A DNA stretch of 54,086 nt from Prochlorococcus sp. AG-670-O13 (lineage in GTDB: Bacteria > Cyanobacteriota > Cyanobacteriia > PCC-6307 > Cyanobiaceae): positions 1 through 54,086 of the forward strand of contig QCTB01000001.1 in NCBI GenBank assembly GCA_003209055.1, read 5' to 3'. The notes below the pieces were generated by a model that was not told where the DNA came from, made no database searches, and worked only from the letters and a program-made list of their open reading frames with translations. Shown one piece after another: positions 29,063-40,521 of the stretch. The stretch's first letter is position 1; each line of letters begins with the position of its first letter. The position numbers were made by a program, and so were the translations under genes.

Positions 29063-30523
29063 ATGTGTGGAATTGTTGGCATTGTCTCTTCTGATGACGT
29101 AAATCAACAAATTTATGACAGTCTTTTGCTATTACAGCACCGAGGTCAAGACTCTACTGGTATAGCTACAATGGAAGATACTGTATTTCATATACATAAG
29201 GCTAAAGGACAAGTAAATACTGCTTATAGAACAAGAGATATGAGGAATTTAATTGGAAAAATTGGTTTAGGACATGTTAGATACGCAACAAAAGGTTCAG
29301 CAGAAAGCGTTGAAGAAGCACAACCATTTTATGTAAATGCCCCTTACGGAATAGTTTTAATTCATAATGGGAATCTTACCAATACGAGAGATTTAGAAAA
29401 ACAATTATTTAACGTAGATAAACGTCATACAAATTCTTCAAGTGATACGGAAATGTTGTTAAATGTCCTTGCGACGGAACTACAAGATCAAATACATAAT
29501 CAAGATTTAGAGCCAGAAATTATTTTTAAAGCAGTAAAAACCTTACATAAAAGGATTCAAGGATCATATGCTTCAATTGCTTTAATTTCAGGTCATGGAT
29601 TATTAGCTTTTAGAGATCCTTTTGGCATAAGACCCTTGGTAATTGGAAAAAGAATTTCTCAAACTACTCAAAAAGAGGAGTGGATGCTGGCAAGTGAGTC
29701 ATTAGTTTTAGAAAATAATGATTATCAAGTTGTTAGAGATGTCGAACCTGGTGAAGCAATTTTTATAACCAATAATGGTGAATTTTATTCAAAGCAATGT
29801 TCAGAAAACCCAAGGTTATTTCCTTGTGCATTTGAATATGTTTATTTAGCAAGGCCAGATTCAGTGATGAATGGAATTTCCGTTTATAAGGCACGCTTAA
29901 AGATGGGAGATTATTTAGCAGAAACTATTAAGGAAACAATAACCTCTGGTGATGTTGATGTCGTTATGCCTATTCCTGATTCTTCTCGACCAGCAGCAAT
30001 GCAAGTAGCTAGGCAATTGGGAATTGAATATAGAGAAGGATTTTTTAAAAATAGATATGTAGGTAGAACTTTTATTATGCCCGGACATCAAAAACGTAAG
30101 CAGTCTGTAAGGCAAAAGTTGAATGCTATGAGTACAGAATTTAAAAACAAAAATGTTTTAATAGTAGATGATTCTATAGTTAGAGGTACGACTTCTAAAC
30201 AGATAGTTCAAATGGCAAAAGATGCTGGAGCAAATAAGGTTTTTTTTACTTCAGCAGCACCACCAGTAAGATTTCCTCACGTTTATGGAATTAATATGCC
30301 TAATAGAGACGAATTAATAGCTCATGATAGAACAATAATTGAAATTGCTAAAAAGCTTGAAATTGATAATCTCGTATATCAAAGTGTTGATAATTTAAGA
30401 AAATCTATAATTAATGATTCTTTAGTTCAAGATTTAGAGATGAGTTGTTTTACTGGATCTTACGTTACAGGAACGGTAAACAAAGAGTATTTAAAATGGG
30501 TTGAGAATGAATATAATTCTTAA
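29063..30523 (+). CDS. purF: Amidophosphoribosyltransferase
   Basis: N-terminal MCGIVG nucleophile, QHRGQD, HNGNL, PRPP motif [10 protein letters not shown]. Confidence 0.97.
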   Translation: MCGIVGIVSSDDVNQQIYDSLLLLQHRGQDSTGIATMEDTVFHIHKAKGQVNTAYRTRDMRNLIGKIGLGHVRYATKGSAESVEEAQPFYVNAPYGIVLIHNGNLTNTRDLEKQLFNVDKRHTNSSSDTEMLLNVLATELQDQIHNQDLEPEIIFKAVKTLHKRIQGSYASIALISGHGLLAFRDPFGIRPLVIGKRISQTTQKEEWMLASESLVLENNDYQVVRDVEPGEAIFITNNGEFYSKQCSENPRLFPCAFEYVYLARPDSVMNGISVYKARLKMGDYLAETIKETITSGDVDVVMPIPDSSRPAAMQVARQLGIEYREGFFKNRYVGRTFIMPGHQKRKQSVRQKLNAMSTEFKNKNVLIVDDSIVRGTTSKQIVQMAKDAGANKVFFTSAAPPVRFPHVYGINMPNRDELIAHDRTIIEIAKKLEIDNLVYQSVDNLRKSIINDSLVQDLEMSCFTGSYVTGTVNKEYLKWVENEYNS

Positions 30524-32961
30524 TTGATAAATTTGTTTAGACGCGAACAATTTTCAATATATTCATCTTTTTCAAGATTAAGGAAGTCTACTTTGATTAT
30601 ATTTTTAACAGAGTTAGTATTTAGTTTGTTTAAGTTTAATCTTGCAGATTTATTTTTATTTGTCTCAATATCAATGTATTGATTATCCGATAAAATTTTT
30701 ATAAAACAATCATTTTTAAGCTGAATTTTATCATTAATATATCCTAATTTAGATGTATTAGAATCATAAATCTCATCAGTTTTTAATTTAAAAAATATAC
30801 CTTTTTTTGATACTAAATAAAGAATATCTTTCTCTTTACTCTTACAACAAGAAACTATTCTCTCTCTAGGTAAAATATTAACTAATAATAAACCTTGAGA
30901 TTGTTTCGTAGTCGGGTTTAAAGATTTATTAGATAAATCAAATTTAAAAAGCCTTCCAATAGAAGTTAATATAACTAGTTTCTCTTCTTTTCTATAAATA
31001 AATGAATCTATAACCTTTGTAGAATTTTTTAATTTTGTAATTGAAAAAATTCTATTACTCTTAAGCATTTGTTCATCGAATAAAACTTTTTTGAATCTCC
31101 CATCTGAACTCATAACGCATAAATAATTTTTTAAATCAGCTTCTAAATAATGAAAATTTATAATTTCTTGTGGATCTATATTGCCTAAAATTTTCTTATC
31201 TAGTTTATGTTCATTATTGACATTTAATTGATAATTTATGTTAATAACTTTTCCTGAAGATGTAACTCCAATAATTTTTAAATTTTTATTAATTTCACAT
31301 ACAAACTTTTGAACATTTTTGCTATCTATAAATTTATTTTCAATATCTAATAATTTTTTATAAGTATTAAAAATTATTTTTTTAACATAAAATCTATTAT
31401 CTATCAATATTTTTGTTTTTTTAATTATGAGTTCCTCTAATATTTGATTATTTATAGTTTCTAATTCTGCAGCTTGATTAATATCTTTTAAGATTTTTGT
31501 TTTTCTTTTTTTATTAAATTTTTTCTTTAAATGCTTAAGTTCTTCAATTAAAGTTTCAAGTAGCAAACTTCTGTTCTTAAGAAGATTGATGAGATATTTC
31601 TTTTTTTCAAGTAATTCTTTTATATCAACTGCTATTTGCCTTTTTTCTAAATTGGTTAACTTCTTCAGCGGCATGCTTAATACTGCGTCTGTTTGTTTGC
31701 CACTTAGTCCATGTTTTGGCATTAATATGGATTTCGCTTCAGTTGCATTTTCTGAGCTTTGAATCACTTCAATAATATTCTTTATATTTTTAGTTGCTAT
31801 TGAAAAACCCTCTAAAATCTCTAGTTTTTCTGATGCAATTTTTAGAAAATAATTTGTTCTTTTTCTAATTGTTTCTTCTCTAAATTCTAGAAAATAATTA
31901 AGGTACTTTCTTAAAGTCAGTTGGATCGGCTTGCCGTTTACTAAAGCTAAAAATATTGCGCCAAAATTCGATTGTAATGTGGTTTTTTTATATAAACTTG
32001 AAATTACTAGTTCTGAATTTGATTCTTTTTTTAATTCAATGACAATCCTCATTCCATCTCTATCACTTTCGTCTCTAATATCAGATATTCCTTCAATTTT
32101 TCCTAGATTTACTAACTCGGCAAGTTTTTCAATCCATCCAGCTTTACTTATTTGGTAAGGTAGTTCAGAAATAATTAAAGCATTTTTTTTATGTTTTCCT
32201 TTCCCTAAATTAAGTTCTTCTTCTTTAATGACGCCTCTTACTGTTATTGATCCTCTTCCGCTGTTGTAAACTTCTACTAAAGCATCGTTATATATTAATT
32301 CACCTCCTGTAGGAAAATCAGGACCCAATATAATTTTAGATAATTTTAAGTCACTTATTTCTTTATCTTTAATTAAAGCAATTAATCCATCAACGATTTC
32401 ACCCAAATTGTGTGGCGGAATATTTGTAGCCATACCTACTGCAATTCCTGACGAACCATTTAATAACAAAAATGGTAGTTGGGCAGGTAATACGTTTGGT
32501 TCTTGTTGTGAACCGTCAAAATTATTTGAGTAACTTACTGTATCGGATCCGATTTCATCAAGAAAACATTCGTGAGCTATTGGTGCTAGACGCGTTTCGG
32601 TGTATCTCATTGCAGCTGGTGGATCGTTATCAACAGATCCAAAATTTCCATGACCATCTAGAGTTGGATATTTCGTGGAGAAATCTTGAACAAGCCTAAC
32701 AAGTGCCTCGTAGACTGCTTGATCTCCATGAGGATGGTATTTACCCAGCACATCCCCAACAACTCTGGCACATTTTCTAAATGGTCTATCTGGAGTAAGT
32801 CCTAATTCATGCATTGCGAAAAGGATTCTTCTTTGGACTGGTTTTAGCCCGTCTCTAGCATCAGGCAATGCACGTCCTACTATTACGCTCATTGCGTATT
32901 CTAGGTAGGAACGTTGCATTTCTTCTTGCAGCGATATAGAAGTGAATTTTTCCTTAGTCAT
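30520..32961 (-). CDS. Type II topoisomerase subunit A (GyrA/ParC-like paralog) with a divergent C-terminal domain
   Basis: [21 protein letters not shown], catalytic [15 protein letters not shown]; no recognisable GyrA-box. Confidence 0.9.
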   Translation of the reverse strand: MTKEKFTSISLQEEMQRSYLEYAMSVIVGRALPDARDGLKPVQRRILFAMHELGLTPDRPFRKCARVVGDVLGKYHPHGDQAVYEALVRLVQDFSTKYPTLDGHGNFGSVDNDPPAAMRYTETRLAPIAHECFLDEIGSDTVSYSNNFDGSQQEPNVLPAQLPFLLLNGSSGIAVGMATNIPPHNLGEIVDGLIALIKDKEISDLKLSKIILGPDFPTGGELIYNDALVEVYNSGRGSITVRGVIKEEELNLGKGKHKKNALIISELPYQISKAGWIEKLAELVNLGKIEGISDIRDESDRDGMRIVIELKKESNSELVISSLYKKTTLQSNFGAIFLALVNGKPIQLTLRKYLNYFLEFREETIRKRTNYFLKIASEKLEILEGFSIATKNIKNIIEVIQSSENATEAKSILMPKHGLSGKQTDAVLSMPLKKLTNLEKRQIAVDIKELLEKKKYLINLLKNRSLLLETLIEELKHLKKKFNKKRKTKILKDINQAAELETINNQILEELIIKKTKILIDNRFYVKKIIFNTYKKLLDIENKFIDSKNVQKFVCEINKNLKIIGVTSSGKVININYQLNVNNEHKLDKKILGNIDPQEIINFHYLEADLKNYLCVMSSDGRFKKVLFDEQMLKSNRIFSITKLKNSTKVIDSFIYRKEEKLVILTSIGRLFKFDLSNKSLNPTTKQSQGLLLVNILPRERIVSCCKSKEKDILYLVSKKGIFFKLKTDEIYDSNTSKLGYINDKIQLKNDCFIKILSDNQYIDIETNKNKSARLNLNKLNTNSVKNIIKVDFLNLEKDEYIENCSRLNKFIN

Positions 32962-33045
32962 TAAATAGGAAATTTACAGTTTGCTTTCATAAACTAAATT
33001 AAGATTAATAGGTAAATAAATATTTACCAGTACTAATTAGCTAAT

Positions 33046-33897
33046 TTAAGTTTTTTTTTTTGCAATTAAAATATCTTGTTTGAGTTGATTATTTTCAAAA
33101 AGTTTTTCAGTTGAATTTTGTATTTTTTCTCCCCAAAGTTGTTCTTTTCTATAATCTAGTTCAACATAATTTGGCTCTTTTTTTAAAGCTTTTTTTGCCA
33201 GTAAGATTGCTTCATTCACATCTCGCGTCCTCAAACATGAAGCAAGTGCTAAAAGTGGTTCTGCGTTTTCCTCTAAATCGATAGCTTTTTGAAAAGAAAT
33301 AATAGAAAGATTTATTTTATTTAATTCAAAATATGCTAATCCTTTATTATTGATTGCTTCCCAAAAATCTTTTTTAATTTTTATTGCTTTATCAAATTCT
33401 TTTATAGCTCTCTCATAATTTTTTTCCATTAAGTAAATATTTCCTAATTGAAAAATTGCTTTAAAATTTTCTGGGAGGATTTTAATACCTGATTGCAAGG
33501 AAAGTTTTGCTTTGTTTAGTTTTGATTGTTTTAAATAGATATTACTTTTTGCAAAATATATTTCACCGATCTTAGGGTTAATATTTTGAGCATTAGTTAA
33601 TGAAATCAATGCTTCATTATATAGTTTGTTGGCTAATTGTGCTTCAGCAAGAATCGTCCATAAAGCTTCATCTTGACTGTTTATTTTTACAGCTAATTTT
33701 GCCAAATTTAGACTATCTTCGATTTGTCCAAAATATAAAAGTTGATATGCCTGTTTCCCGATTGATAAACTTTCTTTTTTTAAATTTTTTGTTTCTGGGA
33801 AATAGTAATATGGCACTAAAGCTTTTAAATTTTCAACACTAATAAAATGCAAACTTATTATTGAAAAAAATAATAATTTTGTTAAAGATTTCTTCAT
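33046..33897 (-). CDS. Tetratricopeptide-repeat protein with a probable signal peptide
   Basis: Repeated TPR patterns (FQLGNIYLMEKNYERAIKEFDKAI; NNKGLAYFEL); hydrophobic N-terminus. Confidence 0.85.
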   Translation of the reverse strand: MKKSLTKLLFFSIISLHFISVENLKALVPYYYFPETKNLKKESLSIGKQAYQLLYFGQIEDSLNLAKLAVKINSQDEALWTILAEAQLANKLYNEALISLTNAQNINPKIGEIYFAKSNIYLKQSKLNKAKLSLQSGIKILPENFKAIFQLGNIYLMEKNYERAIKEFDKAIKIKKDFWEAINNKGLAYFELNKINLSIISFQKAIDLEENAEPLLALASCLRTRDVNEAILLAKKALKKEPNYVELDYRKEQLWGEKIQNSTEKLFENNQLKQDILIAKKKT

Positions 33898-34844
33898 ATT
33901 TTTTTTCCTTTAAGCATTGCTTTAATATTTCTTTTCCACATCCAAGGCTTTATCCTCTTTAATGTAGTTCCTCTCAGATTCTCTTCCCATTTTTTTTCAT
34001 CCCAACTTAATGATTTAACATTAAGATTTTTAATCCATGTTCTTGGATTAGCTTCAATATTTTTACTAAAAGGAACTTGTTTGTTCCATGGACATACATC
34101 TTGGCAAATATCACAACCCGCAATCCATCCATTTAAATTTTTTTCTATATGTGCAGGAATAGTTTGACTTTTATTTTCTATAGTATGATATGCAATACAT
34201 AAATCAGAATTAATTACAAAAGGCTCCGTTATTGCATTTGTTGGGCATTTTTCAATACATTTTTCACATCCTCCACACAGAGATTTGGACGAACTATCGG
34301 ATACGAAATCTTTCGTGAGAATCATAAATCCTAATGTAAGCCATGATCCGTATTCTTTGTTAATAAGGTTACTATTTTTCCCTATCCAACCTAGACCTGC
34401 TTCTTCCGCCCAAGCTTTTTCCAATAGAGGAGATGTGTCAACACAAATTTTCCAATTGCAATCTGGGATCTCATCATTAATCCATCTACCTATATTTTTT
34501 AATTTCTTATAAATAACTTTATGGTAATCTTCTCCTTGAGCAAACTTCCCAATTTTAAATTTTGTTTTTTGTTTGTGCTCTTCACTGAAATAATTAAAAC
34601 CAACAGTTAAAACACTTTTTGCTCCCTTTAATAGAGAGTCTATACTTTTTCTTTTTTCTGTTTCCATCCATCTCATATCACTATGATAATTATTTTCTAA
34701 CCATCTTTCTAGTGCTTTTGTTCTTAGGTTTAAACGAGAACTTCCTGGTATAGTCGCTATTCTAGAAACAGCAAAGCCCTCAAGAATTGCTCTTTTTTTT
34801 AATTTATAACTTAATTCTTCTTTGTTTTGAATGATATTTTTCAT
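33894..34844 (-). CDS. queG: Epoxyqueuosine reductase
   Basis: DYH, VDTSPLLEK, GWIGKN, CxxCxxCxxxCP, GCDICQDVCPWN; ATG 34844 preferred over TTG 34940. Confidence 0.92.
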   Translation of the reverse strand: MKNIIQNKEELSYKLKKRAILEGFAVSRIATIPGSSRLNLRTKALERWLENNYHSDMRWMETEKRKSIDSLLKGAKSVLTVGFNYFSEEHKQKTKFKIGKFAQGEDYHKVIYKKLKNIGRWINDEIPDCNWKICVDTSPLLEKAWAEEAGLGWIGKNSNLINKEYGSWLTLGFMILTKDFVSDSSSKSLCGGCEKCIEKCPTNAITEPFVINSDLCIAYHTIENKSQTIPAHIEKNLNGWIAGCDICQDVCPWNKQVPFSKNIEANPRTWIKNLNVKSLSWDEKKWEENLRGTTLKRIKPWMWKRNIKAMLKGKKI

Positions 34845-34991
34845 GATTTTATTATGATTTAACTTTAAATAAATGGTACTTTTAAAGTGAGAAACTAATA
34901 AATAATTTAAATTTATTAAAAATAAATATATCCCTAACAAGTAAAACTCGTTAAATTGTTATTAAAATGAATATTATTAGGAACTTTAATT

Positions 34992-35729
34992 TTGGTTGAA
35001 TCTACACAAAGTCAAGATTCGAACCTAGGAACTAGGCTCCAACAGGATTTAAAAAATGATCTCATAGCTGGGTTGTTAGTTGTCATTCCATTGGCAACCA
35101 CAATTTGGTTATCTTCTATAGTCAGCAAATTTGTTCTTACATTAGTAACATCAGTTCCTAAACAACTAAATCCATTTATTACGTTAAATCCTTTATTACA
35201 AGATTTAATTAACTTAACTTTAGGTTTAACAGTCCCTTTATTAGCAATCTTACTTATTGGTTTGATGGCGAGAAATTTTGTAGGGAGGTGGTTATTAGAA
35301 TTTGGAGAGGGTACACTATCTAAGATCCCAGTTGCAGGAGCAGTTTATAAAACCCTTAAACAATTACTTGAAACTTTTTTAAGCAATAAGTCTAATAGAT
35401 TTAGAAGAGTCGTTTTAGTAGAATATCCACGAGAGGGATTATTTAGCGTTGGTTTTGTAACAGGTGATGTTGGATCATCACTCCAATCACAATTGGACGA
35501 GAAATTATTAAGTGTTTTTATACCTACTGCACCTAATCCTACTACTGGGTGGTATACATTAGTTCCTGAATCCTCTATAAAAGATCTGGATATTTCAGTA
35601 GAAGATGCGTTTAGAACAATTATTTCTGTTGGGATAGTCAATCCAGATGAAAAGGATAATTCTTCGAATCCAACATTTTCAAAATTATTTTCTCAACTAA
35701 GAGCCTCTTCAAATACTTCATCTACTTAA
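34992..35729 (+). CDS. DUF502 membrane protein
   Basis: AGLLVVIPLATT, VLVEYPR, VFIPTAPNPTTGW. Confidence 0.88.
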   Translation: MVESTQSQDSNLGTRLQQDLKNDLIAGLLVVIPLATTIWLSSIVSKFVLTLVTSVPKQLNPFITLNPLLQDLINLTLGLTVPLLAILLIGLMARNFVGRWLLEFGEGTLSKIPVAGAVYKTLKQLLETFLSNKSNRFRRVVLVEYPREGLFSVGFVTGDVGSSLQSQLDEKLLSVFIPTAPNPTTGWYTLVPESSIKDLDISVEDAFRTIISVGIVNPDEKDNSSNPTFSKLFSQLRASSNTSST

Positions 35730-35732
35730 TTG

Positions 35733-36359
35733 ATGCATAATAGATCGTTATCACGAGAATTATCTTTACTTTCTTTAGGTCTTATTAAAGATAAAGGAGA
35801 TTTAGAATTAAATAAATTTCAAATAGAAGAGATTTTTGAATCTGCTTTAGATTCTTTAATCAATCATTGTAGAGATGAGTTAGATGATTGTGAAGCAGAT
35901 TTAGAAAATGCATCTCGCAATCTTTTGGATAGTGAATTAAATGAAGGTAGTAATTCCTCTTTCGCCAACGTTCGAGATGAACTCAAAAAAGCTTTTTATA
36001 AAATTGAATCAGTAATGAATTCACTCTCAGTTACTTTAGATTTTCCTAAATTGGTTGTTTCAAGTAATCAAAACGATATTAGAGAAGATGTAAATCATAG
36101 ACTTTTAAGCATAATTAATAATTTAAAAACAATTGATTCTAATATTGATGAGGTAATGGAAGGATGGAGATTAAAAAGATTACCAAGAGTCGATCGAGAT
36201 ATCTTACGTTTAGCATATGTAGATATTCATTTTTTAGAAACTCCTGTTGCTGTAGCATGTGATGAGGCTGTAAATTTAGCAAATAAATATAGCGATAATC
36301 AAGGTAGAAAAATGATTAATGGAGTTTTAAGGAGATTGCAAAGAGTTAAGGTGAAGTAA
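35733..36359 (+). CDS. nusB: Transcription antitermination factor NusB (cyanobacterial long form)
   Basis: GWRLKRLPRVDRDILRLA, EAVNLANKYS, INGVL. Confidence 0.92.
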   Translation: MHNRSLSRELSLLSLGLIKDKGDLELNKFQIEEIFESALDSLINHCRDELDDCEADLENASRNLLDSELNEGSNSSFANVRDELKKAFYKIESVMNSLSVTLDFPKLVVSSNQNDIREDVNHRLLSIINNLKTIDSNIDEVMEGWRLKRLPRVDRDILRLAYVDIHFLETPVAVACDEAVNLANKYSDNQGRKMINGVLRRLQRVKVK

Positions 36360-36419
36360 TTATTTGATATAAATCAATAATTTTTTATAATTAAATTAAA
36401 TGCGATCAAAAAGATATTT

Positions 36420-37670
36420 ATGAATAATAATGAATCTGAAAGTTCTATTGAATGGGCTTCTCAAGCCTATGCTTTATTAAAACAAAAACAAGAATTAAAT
36501 AAAAAAGAAAATCAAGTTAAAGAAGAGCAGCTTAAACAAGAGCAGCTTAAACAAGAGCAGCTTAAACAAGAGCAGCTTAAACAAGAGCGGCTTAAAGAAG
36601 AAGAAGTTGATAAGAATGATTTTTCTAACATCAAATATGAAACCGAAGCTACCTTAGGAAAGTTTGACGAAGATTTTACTTGGTCAGCTATGGTGTTAGC
36701 TGCACAAGGCAAAAAGGTAAATGAAATTTCAATTGATGAAATAGATTGGTTAAGTAAATTACGCAAAGGATTAGAAGAAACAAGAAAAGGTTTTGTCACA
36801 GAATTATTGGACAAATTAGGAGATGATCCACTTTCATCAGAATCTCTAGATGACTTGGAAACTTTATTAATAAGAGCTGATGTTGGTATTGATTCAACAG
36901 ATAAGGTGATTAATTCACTTAGAAAAAAATTAAATGAAGAAGTTGTCGGAGGAGAAGAAGGCATAAAATTTCTAAAAGATGAATTACGAAAAATTATTGA
37001 AAAACCAATAAGAAATTCTGGAACAAATATTCTTGTTCCACAAAAAGGTAAGTTAAATGTTTGGTTAATAGTTGGAGTAAATGGAGTAGGTAAAACTACA
37101 ACTTTGGGTAAACTTGCATATTTATCATCAAGAAGTAACTACAAAACTTTAATAGCCGCGGCAGATACTTTCAGAGCAGCAGCTGTAGAACAATTACAGG
37201 TATGGGGAGAGAGAAGTAAGGTTGAAGTTATTTCGAATCAATCAAAGAATGCAGATCCGGCTGCTGTGGTTTTTGATGCCATTAATGCAGCAAATAAACG
37301 TAAAAGTGATTTATTACTAGTAGATACAGCAGGAAGGTTGCAAAATAAAAATAATCTTATGGATGAGTTGTCAAAAATAAAAAAAATAATAGATAGAAAA
37401 GTTCCTGATGCAATTATTGAATCATTATTAGTTTTAGATGCTAGTCAAGGACAAAATGGCTTAAAGCAAGCTAAAAGTTTTGCAAAATCTGCAAATTTAA
37501 GTGGTGCAATTATTACTAAATTAGATGGTACTTCAAGAGGAGGTGTTTCTTTAGCTGTTTCTGCAGAAGTCAATTTGCCAATAAGATTCATTGGAGCTGG
37601 TGAGGGTATTAAAGATTTAAGACCTTTTAATAGTTTTGAGTTTGTTGAGGCTCTGCTTGCAGATAGATAA
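36420..37670 (+). CDS. ftsY: Signal recognition particle receptor FtsY
   Basis: GVNGVGKTTT, DTFRAAA, DTAGR, TKLDGTSRGG. Confidence 0.96.
   Translation: MNNNESESSIEWASQAYALLKQKQELNKKENQVKEEQLKQEQLKQEQLKQEQLKQERLKEEEVDKNDFSNIKYETEATLGKFDEDFTWSAMVLAAQGKKVNEISIDEIDWLSKLRKGLEETRKGFVTELLDKLGDDPLSSESLDDLETLLIRADVGIDSTDKVINSLRKKLNEEVVGGEEGIKFLKDELRKIIEKPIRNSGTNILVPQKGKLNVWLIVGVNGVGKTTTLGKLAYLSSRSNYKTLIAAADTFRAAAVEQLQVWGERSKVEVISNQSKNADPAAVVFDAINAANKRKSDLLLVDTAGRLQNKNNLMDELSKIKKIIDRKVPDAIIESLLVLDASQGQNGLKQAKSFAKSANLSGAIITKLDGTSRGGVSLAVSAEVNLPIRFIGAGEGIKDLRPFNSFEFVEALLADR
36525..36599 (+). repeat. 15-bp tandem repeat (GAGCAGCTTAAACAA x4 plus 1 degenerate copy) encoding EQLKQ
   Basis: Four identical units at 36525-36584, then GAGCGGCTTAAAGAA. 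Confidence 0.95.
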
Positions 37671-37737
37671 AAATTTAATTAATTTTTTTTTAAAATGTAT
37701 TTTTAGTGTTAAAACATATTTATAGCTTAAATTTGTT

Positions 37738-39081
37738 TTGTCTAATAACCAAAGAGAAAAATTATTGTCTAATGACGTAATTAAAAATTTTTTAGAGAAA
37801 GATAATAAATTATCATTTGAAAAGAATGAAAAATTTATCGAAATAGCTTCTTCATTAGCTTATTATTTAAAATCTTTTTCAAATATTAAGAGATTCCTTG
37901 ATTATATTTCTTTACTTTTAAAACATACTTTTACTCAACAATTAAGTCTTGTTATTCCGTTAGATGAAAAGGGGGAAATATGGAAGGAAAATATCAAGTT
38001 TTCTGGGGATACAAAAAATATAAAAATGGATAATGAAATTAAAAGTTATTTTAAAAAATTTGATTTTTCAAAAAATTTTAGACTAAAGGAAATTTATATT
38101 TTTGAAAAAGATTTAAAGGATAAATTTAAAGAATATTTAATACACTCTTATAAAATTTCCTCACGAGGAAAATGTAGAGGATTTGTCTATACTTTTAATC
38201 AAGAGTCTTTAAATAAATCTGTAAATAATGAACGTAATTTAAATTTCATTATCAGTTGTCTGGCTGTAGGTTTAGAAAATTATTGGTTAATTAAAACTAA
38301 AAAAAAGCATGAAAATGTGGATAGAGAAATTTCTATTGGAGCAGAAATCCAATCACAACTTTTACCCGATTTTTGTCCAATTATTTTTGGAGTGGATTTA
38401 GCTGCTCACTGTAGACCAGCTCTTCAGCTAGGAGGAGATTATTATGATTTCATGTCCTTGAAAACAAATATCTCTGAAAAAAGAAGGGAAAAGGCAAGGT
38501 GGGCTTTAGTTATAGGTGATGTTATGGGTAAGGGTATTCCCGCAGGCCTTTTGATGACTATGCTAAGAGGAATGTTAAGAGCAGAGGTTTTGACTGGCTT
38601 GCCTCCAGATAGAATTTTGCACGATTTAAATCAGTTAGCTATTGATGATCTAGACCAATCACATAGATTTATAACTTTATTTTATTCAGATTATGATCCT
38701 AGAACAAAAAAATTAAGGTATGCAAATGCTGCACATAATCCTCCTTTACTTTGGAAAAGTTCTGAGCAAAAAATAATAAAGTTAGACTCAGAAGGTTTTG
38801 TTCTTGGTCTGCAAAATGACGCTGAATATGAATGTGGTCAAGTACAACTTAATAAAAAGGATATAATTCTTTATTACACCGATGGAGTAACTGACACTTC
38901 CAATACTTTAGGTGAAAGATTTGATGAAGAACGTTTAATCAAGTCTTTTACAAACTTATGTCAGCAATCACTTAAATCTAAAGAAATTTTAAATAAAATT
39001 TTCAAAACTTTAGATGAGTTCACTGGTAAAAATAGACAATTAGAAGATGATGCTTCAATAGTAGTCTTTCAGTTAGATTAG
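37738..39081 (+). CDS. PP2C/SpoIIE (RsbU-like) serine phosphatase
   Basis: IQSQLLP, GGDYYDF, IGDVMGKG, NAAHNPP, YTDGVTD, EDDAS; divergent N-terminal domain. Confidence 0.9.
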   Translation: MSNNQREKLLSNDVIKNFLEKDNKLSFEKNEKFIEIASSLAYYLKSFSNIKRFLDYISLLLKHTFTQQLSLVIPLDEKGEIWKENIKFSGDTKNIKMDNEIKSYFKKFDFSKNFRLKEIYIFEKDLKDKFKEYLIHSYKISSRGKCRGFVYTFNQESLNKSVNNERNLNFIISCLAVGLENYWLIKTKKKHENVDREISIGAEIQSQLLPDFCPIIFGVDLAAHCRPALQLGGDYYDFMSLKTNISEKRREKARWALVIGDVMGKGIPAGLLMTMLRGMLRAEVLTGLPPDRILHDLNQLAIDDLDQSHRFITLFYSDYDPRTKKLRYANAAHNPPLLWKSSEQKIIKLDSEGFVLGLQNDAEYECGQVQLNKKDIILYYTDGVTDTSNTLGERFDEERLIKSFTNLCQQSLKSKEILNKIFKTLDEFTGKNRQLEDDASIVVFQLD

Positions 39082-39141
39082 ATTTTTTGTCACATATATA
39101 AAAAAATGCTTTATTAGAAGTAACTAAAGTTTTTGATTAAT

Positions 39142-40521
39142 ATGTCCAAAGTTTGGAGTAATAGGTTTGATAGCAGTTTAAACCCTTTTATTGAGGAGTT
39201 TAATGCTTCAATTACTTTTGATAAGACATTATTTTTCGAAGATATAGAGTGTTCTATTGCGCATGCAAAAATGCTTAATAAAACTAAAGTTTTAACAACT
39301 GATGAGTCTTTCAGGATTATTGAGGGTTTAGAAACTATAAAACAAGATTTTATTGGAGGTAAATTTATTCCTGGAGCTCCATCTGAGGATATTCATTACT
39401 TTATCGAAGAAAAACTAATTAATTTAATTGGTGAAACTGGAAAAAAATTACATACTGGTAGAAGCAGAAATGATCAAGTAGGAACAGATATTAGATTATG
39501 GCTAAGAAAAAAAATTGATAATATTGATATCTTATTGGCTGAATTACAAAATTCTTTATTTTCTATCGCAGAATCAAATATTTATACCTTAATTCCTGGT
39601 TATACCCACATGCAAAGAGCGCAACCGTTATCTTTCGCGCATCATCTTTTGGCATATCTTGAAATGTTTCAAAGAGATCGTGAAAGGCTTAAAGAAGTTA
39701 GAGCTAGAGTAAATATTTCACCTTTAGGTGCAGCAGCGTTAGCAGGGACTAAAATTAAGATAGATAGATACTTTACTGCTGAGGAATTAGGATTTGAAAA
39801 TATTTATAAAAATAGTATTGATGCAGTAAGTGACAGAGATTTTTGCATTGAATTTGTTTCAAGTTCTGCTTTAATTATGTCTCATTTAAGTAGGATGTCA
39901 GAAGAAATAATTTTGTGGGTAACTGATGAGTTTTCTTTTGCAAAATTAACAGATAAATGTGCTACTGGAAGTAGCTTGATGCCTCAGAAAAAAAACCCAG
40001 ATGTTCCAGAATTAATACGCGGTAAAACTGGACGAGTTTACGGACATCTTCAATCATTATTAACAATAATAAAAGGAGTACCTCTCTCATATAATAAAGA
40101 TTTTCAAGAGGATAAAGAACCAATCTTTGATACAGTAGATACTATTTCTTCTTGTCTAAAAGCTATGACAATTTTATTAAATGAAGGAATAGAATTTAAT
40201 ATTGAAAAATTAATGGATTCTGTAAATAATGATTTTTCTAATGCAACTGATTTGGCAGATTATTTAGTATGTAAGAAAGTTCCTTTCAGAGAGGCTTATC
40301 AAATAGTGGGAGATATTGTTAAGTACTGTTTAACAAAAAATATTTTATTTAAAGATTTAAACTTAGAAGAATTTCAAAGATTTCATATTGAATTTAAAGA
40401 GGATATCTTTGAAAATCTCAATCCTATGAACGTAGTCAAGTCTAGAAGTAGTTTAGGAGGTACAGGATTTGATCAAGTAAAAATAGAGATAAATAATTGG
40501 AAGAAAAAATTATTAATCTAA
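39142..40521 (+). CDS. argH: Argininosuccinate lyase
   Basis: [33 protein letters not shown]; ATG 39142 preferred. Confidence 0.96.
   Translation: MSKVWSNRFDSSLNPFIEEFNASITFDKTLFFEDIECSIAHAKMLNKTKVLTTDESFRIIEGLETIKQDFIGGKFIPGAPSEDIHYFIEEKLINLIGETGKKLHTGRSRNDQVGTDIRLWLRKKIDNIDILLAELQNSLFSIAESNIYTLIPGYTHMQRAQPLSFAHHLLAYLEMFQRDRERLKEVRARVNISPLGAAALAGTKIKIDRYFTAEELGFENIYKNSIDAVSDRDFCIEFVSSSALIMSHLSRMSEEIILWVTDEFSFAKLTDKCATGSSLMPQKKNPDVPELIRGKTGRVYGHLQSLLTIIKGVPLSYNKDFQEDKEPIFDTVDTISSCLKAMTILLNEGIEFNIEKLMDSVNNDFSNATDLADYLVCKKVPFREAYQIVGDIVKYCLTKNILFKDLNLEEFQRFHIEFKEDIFENLNPMNVVKSRSSLGGTGFDQVKIEINNWKKKLLI

Noticed and set aside
33012-33027. NtcA box
   Set aside because: Spacing is GTA-N10-TAC, not GTA-N8-TAC.
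33051-33061. T11 tract (also T10 at 48231-48240 in murC and A9 at 2812-2820 in acnB) as phase-variation sites
   Set aside because: Frames are intact, the tracts encode Lys runs in housekeeping genes or at an extreme C-terminus, and long A/T runs are expected at this composition.
36525-36599. Possible CRISPR-like array
   Set aside because: The units abut with no unique spacers, are in frame within ftsY, and no cas genes are present.
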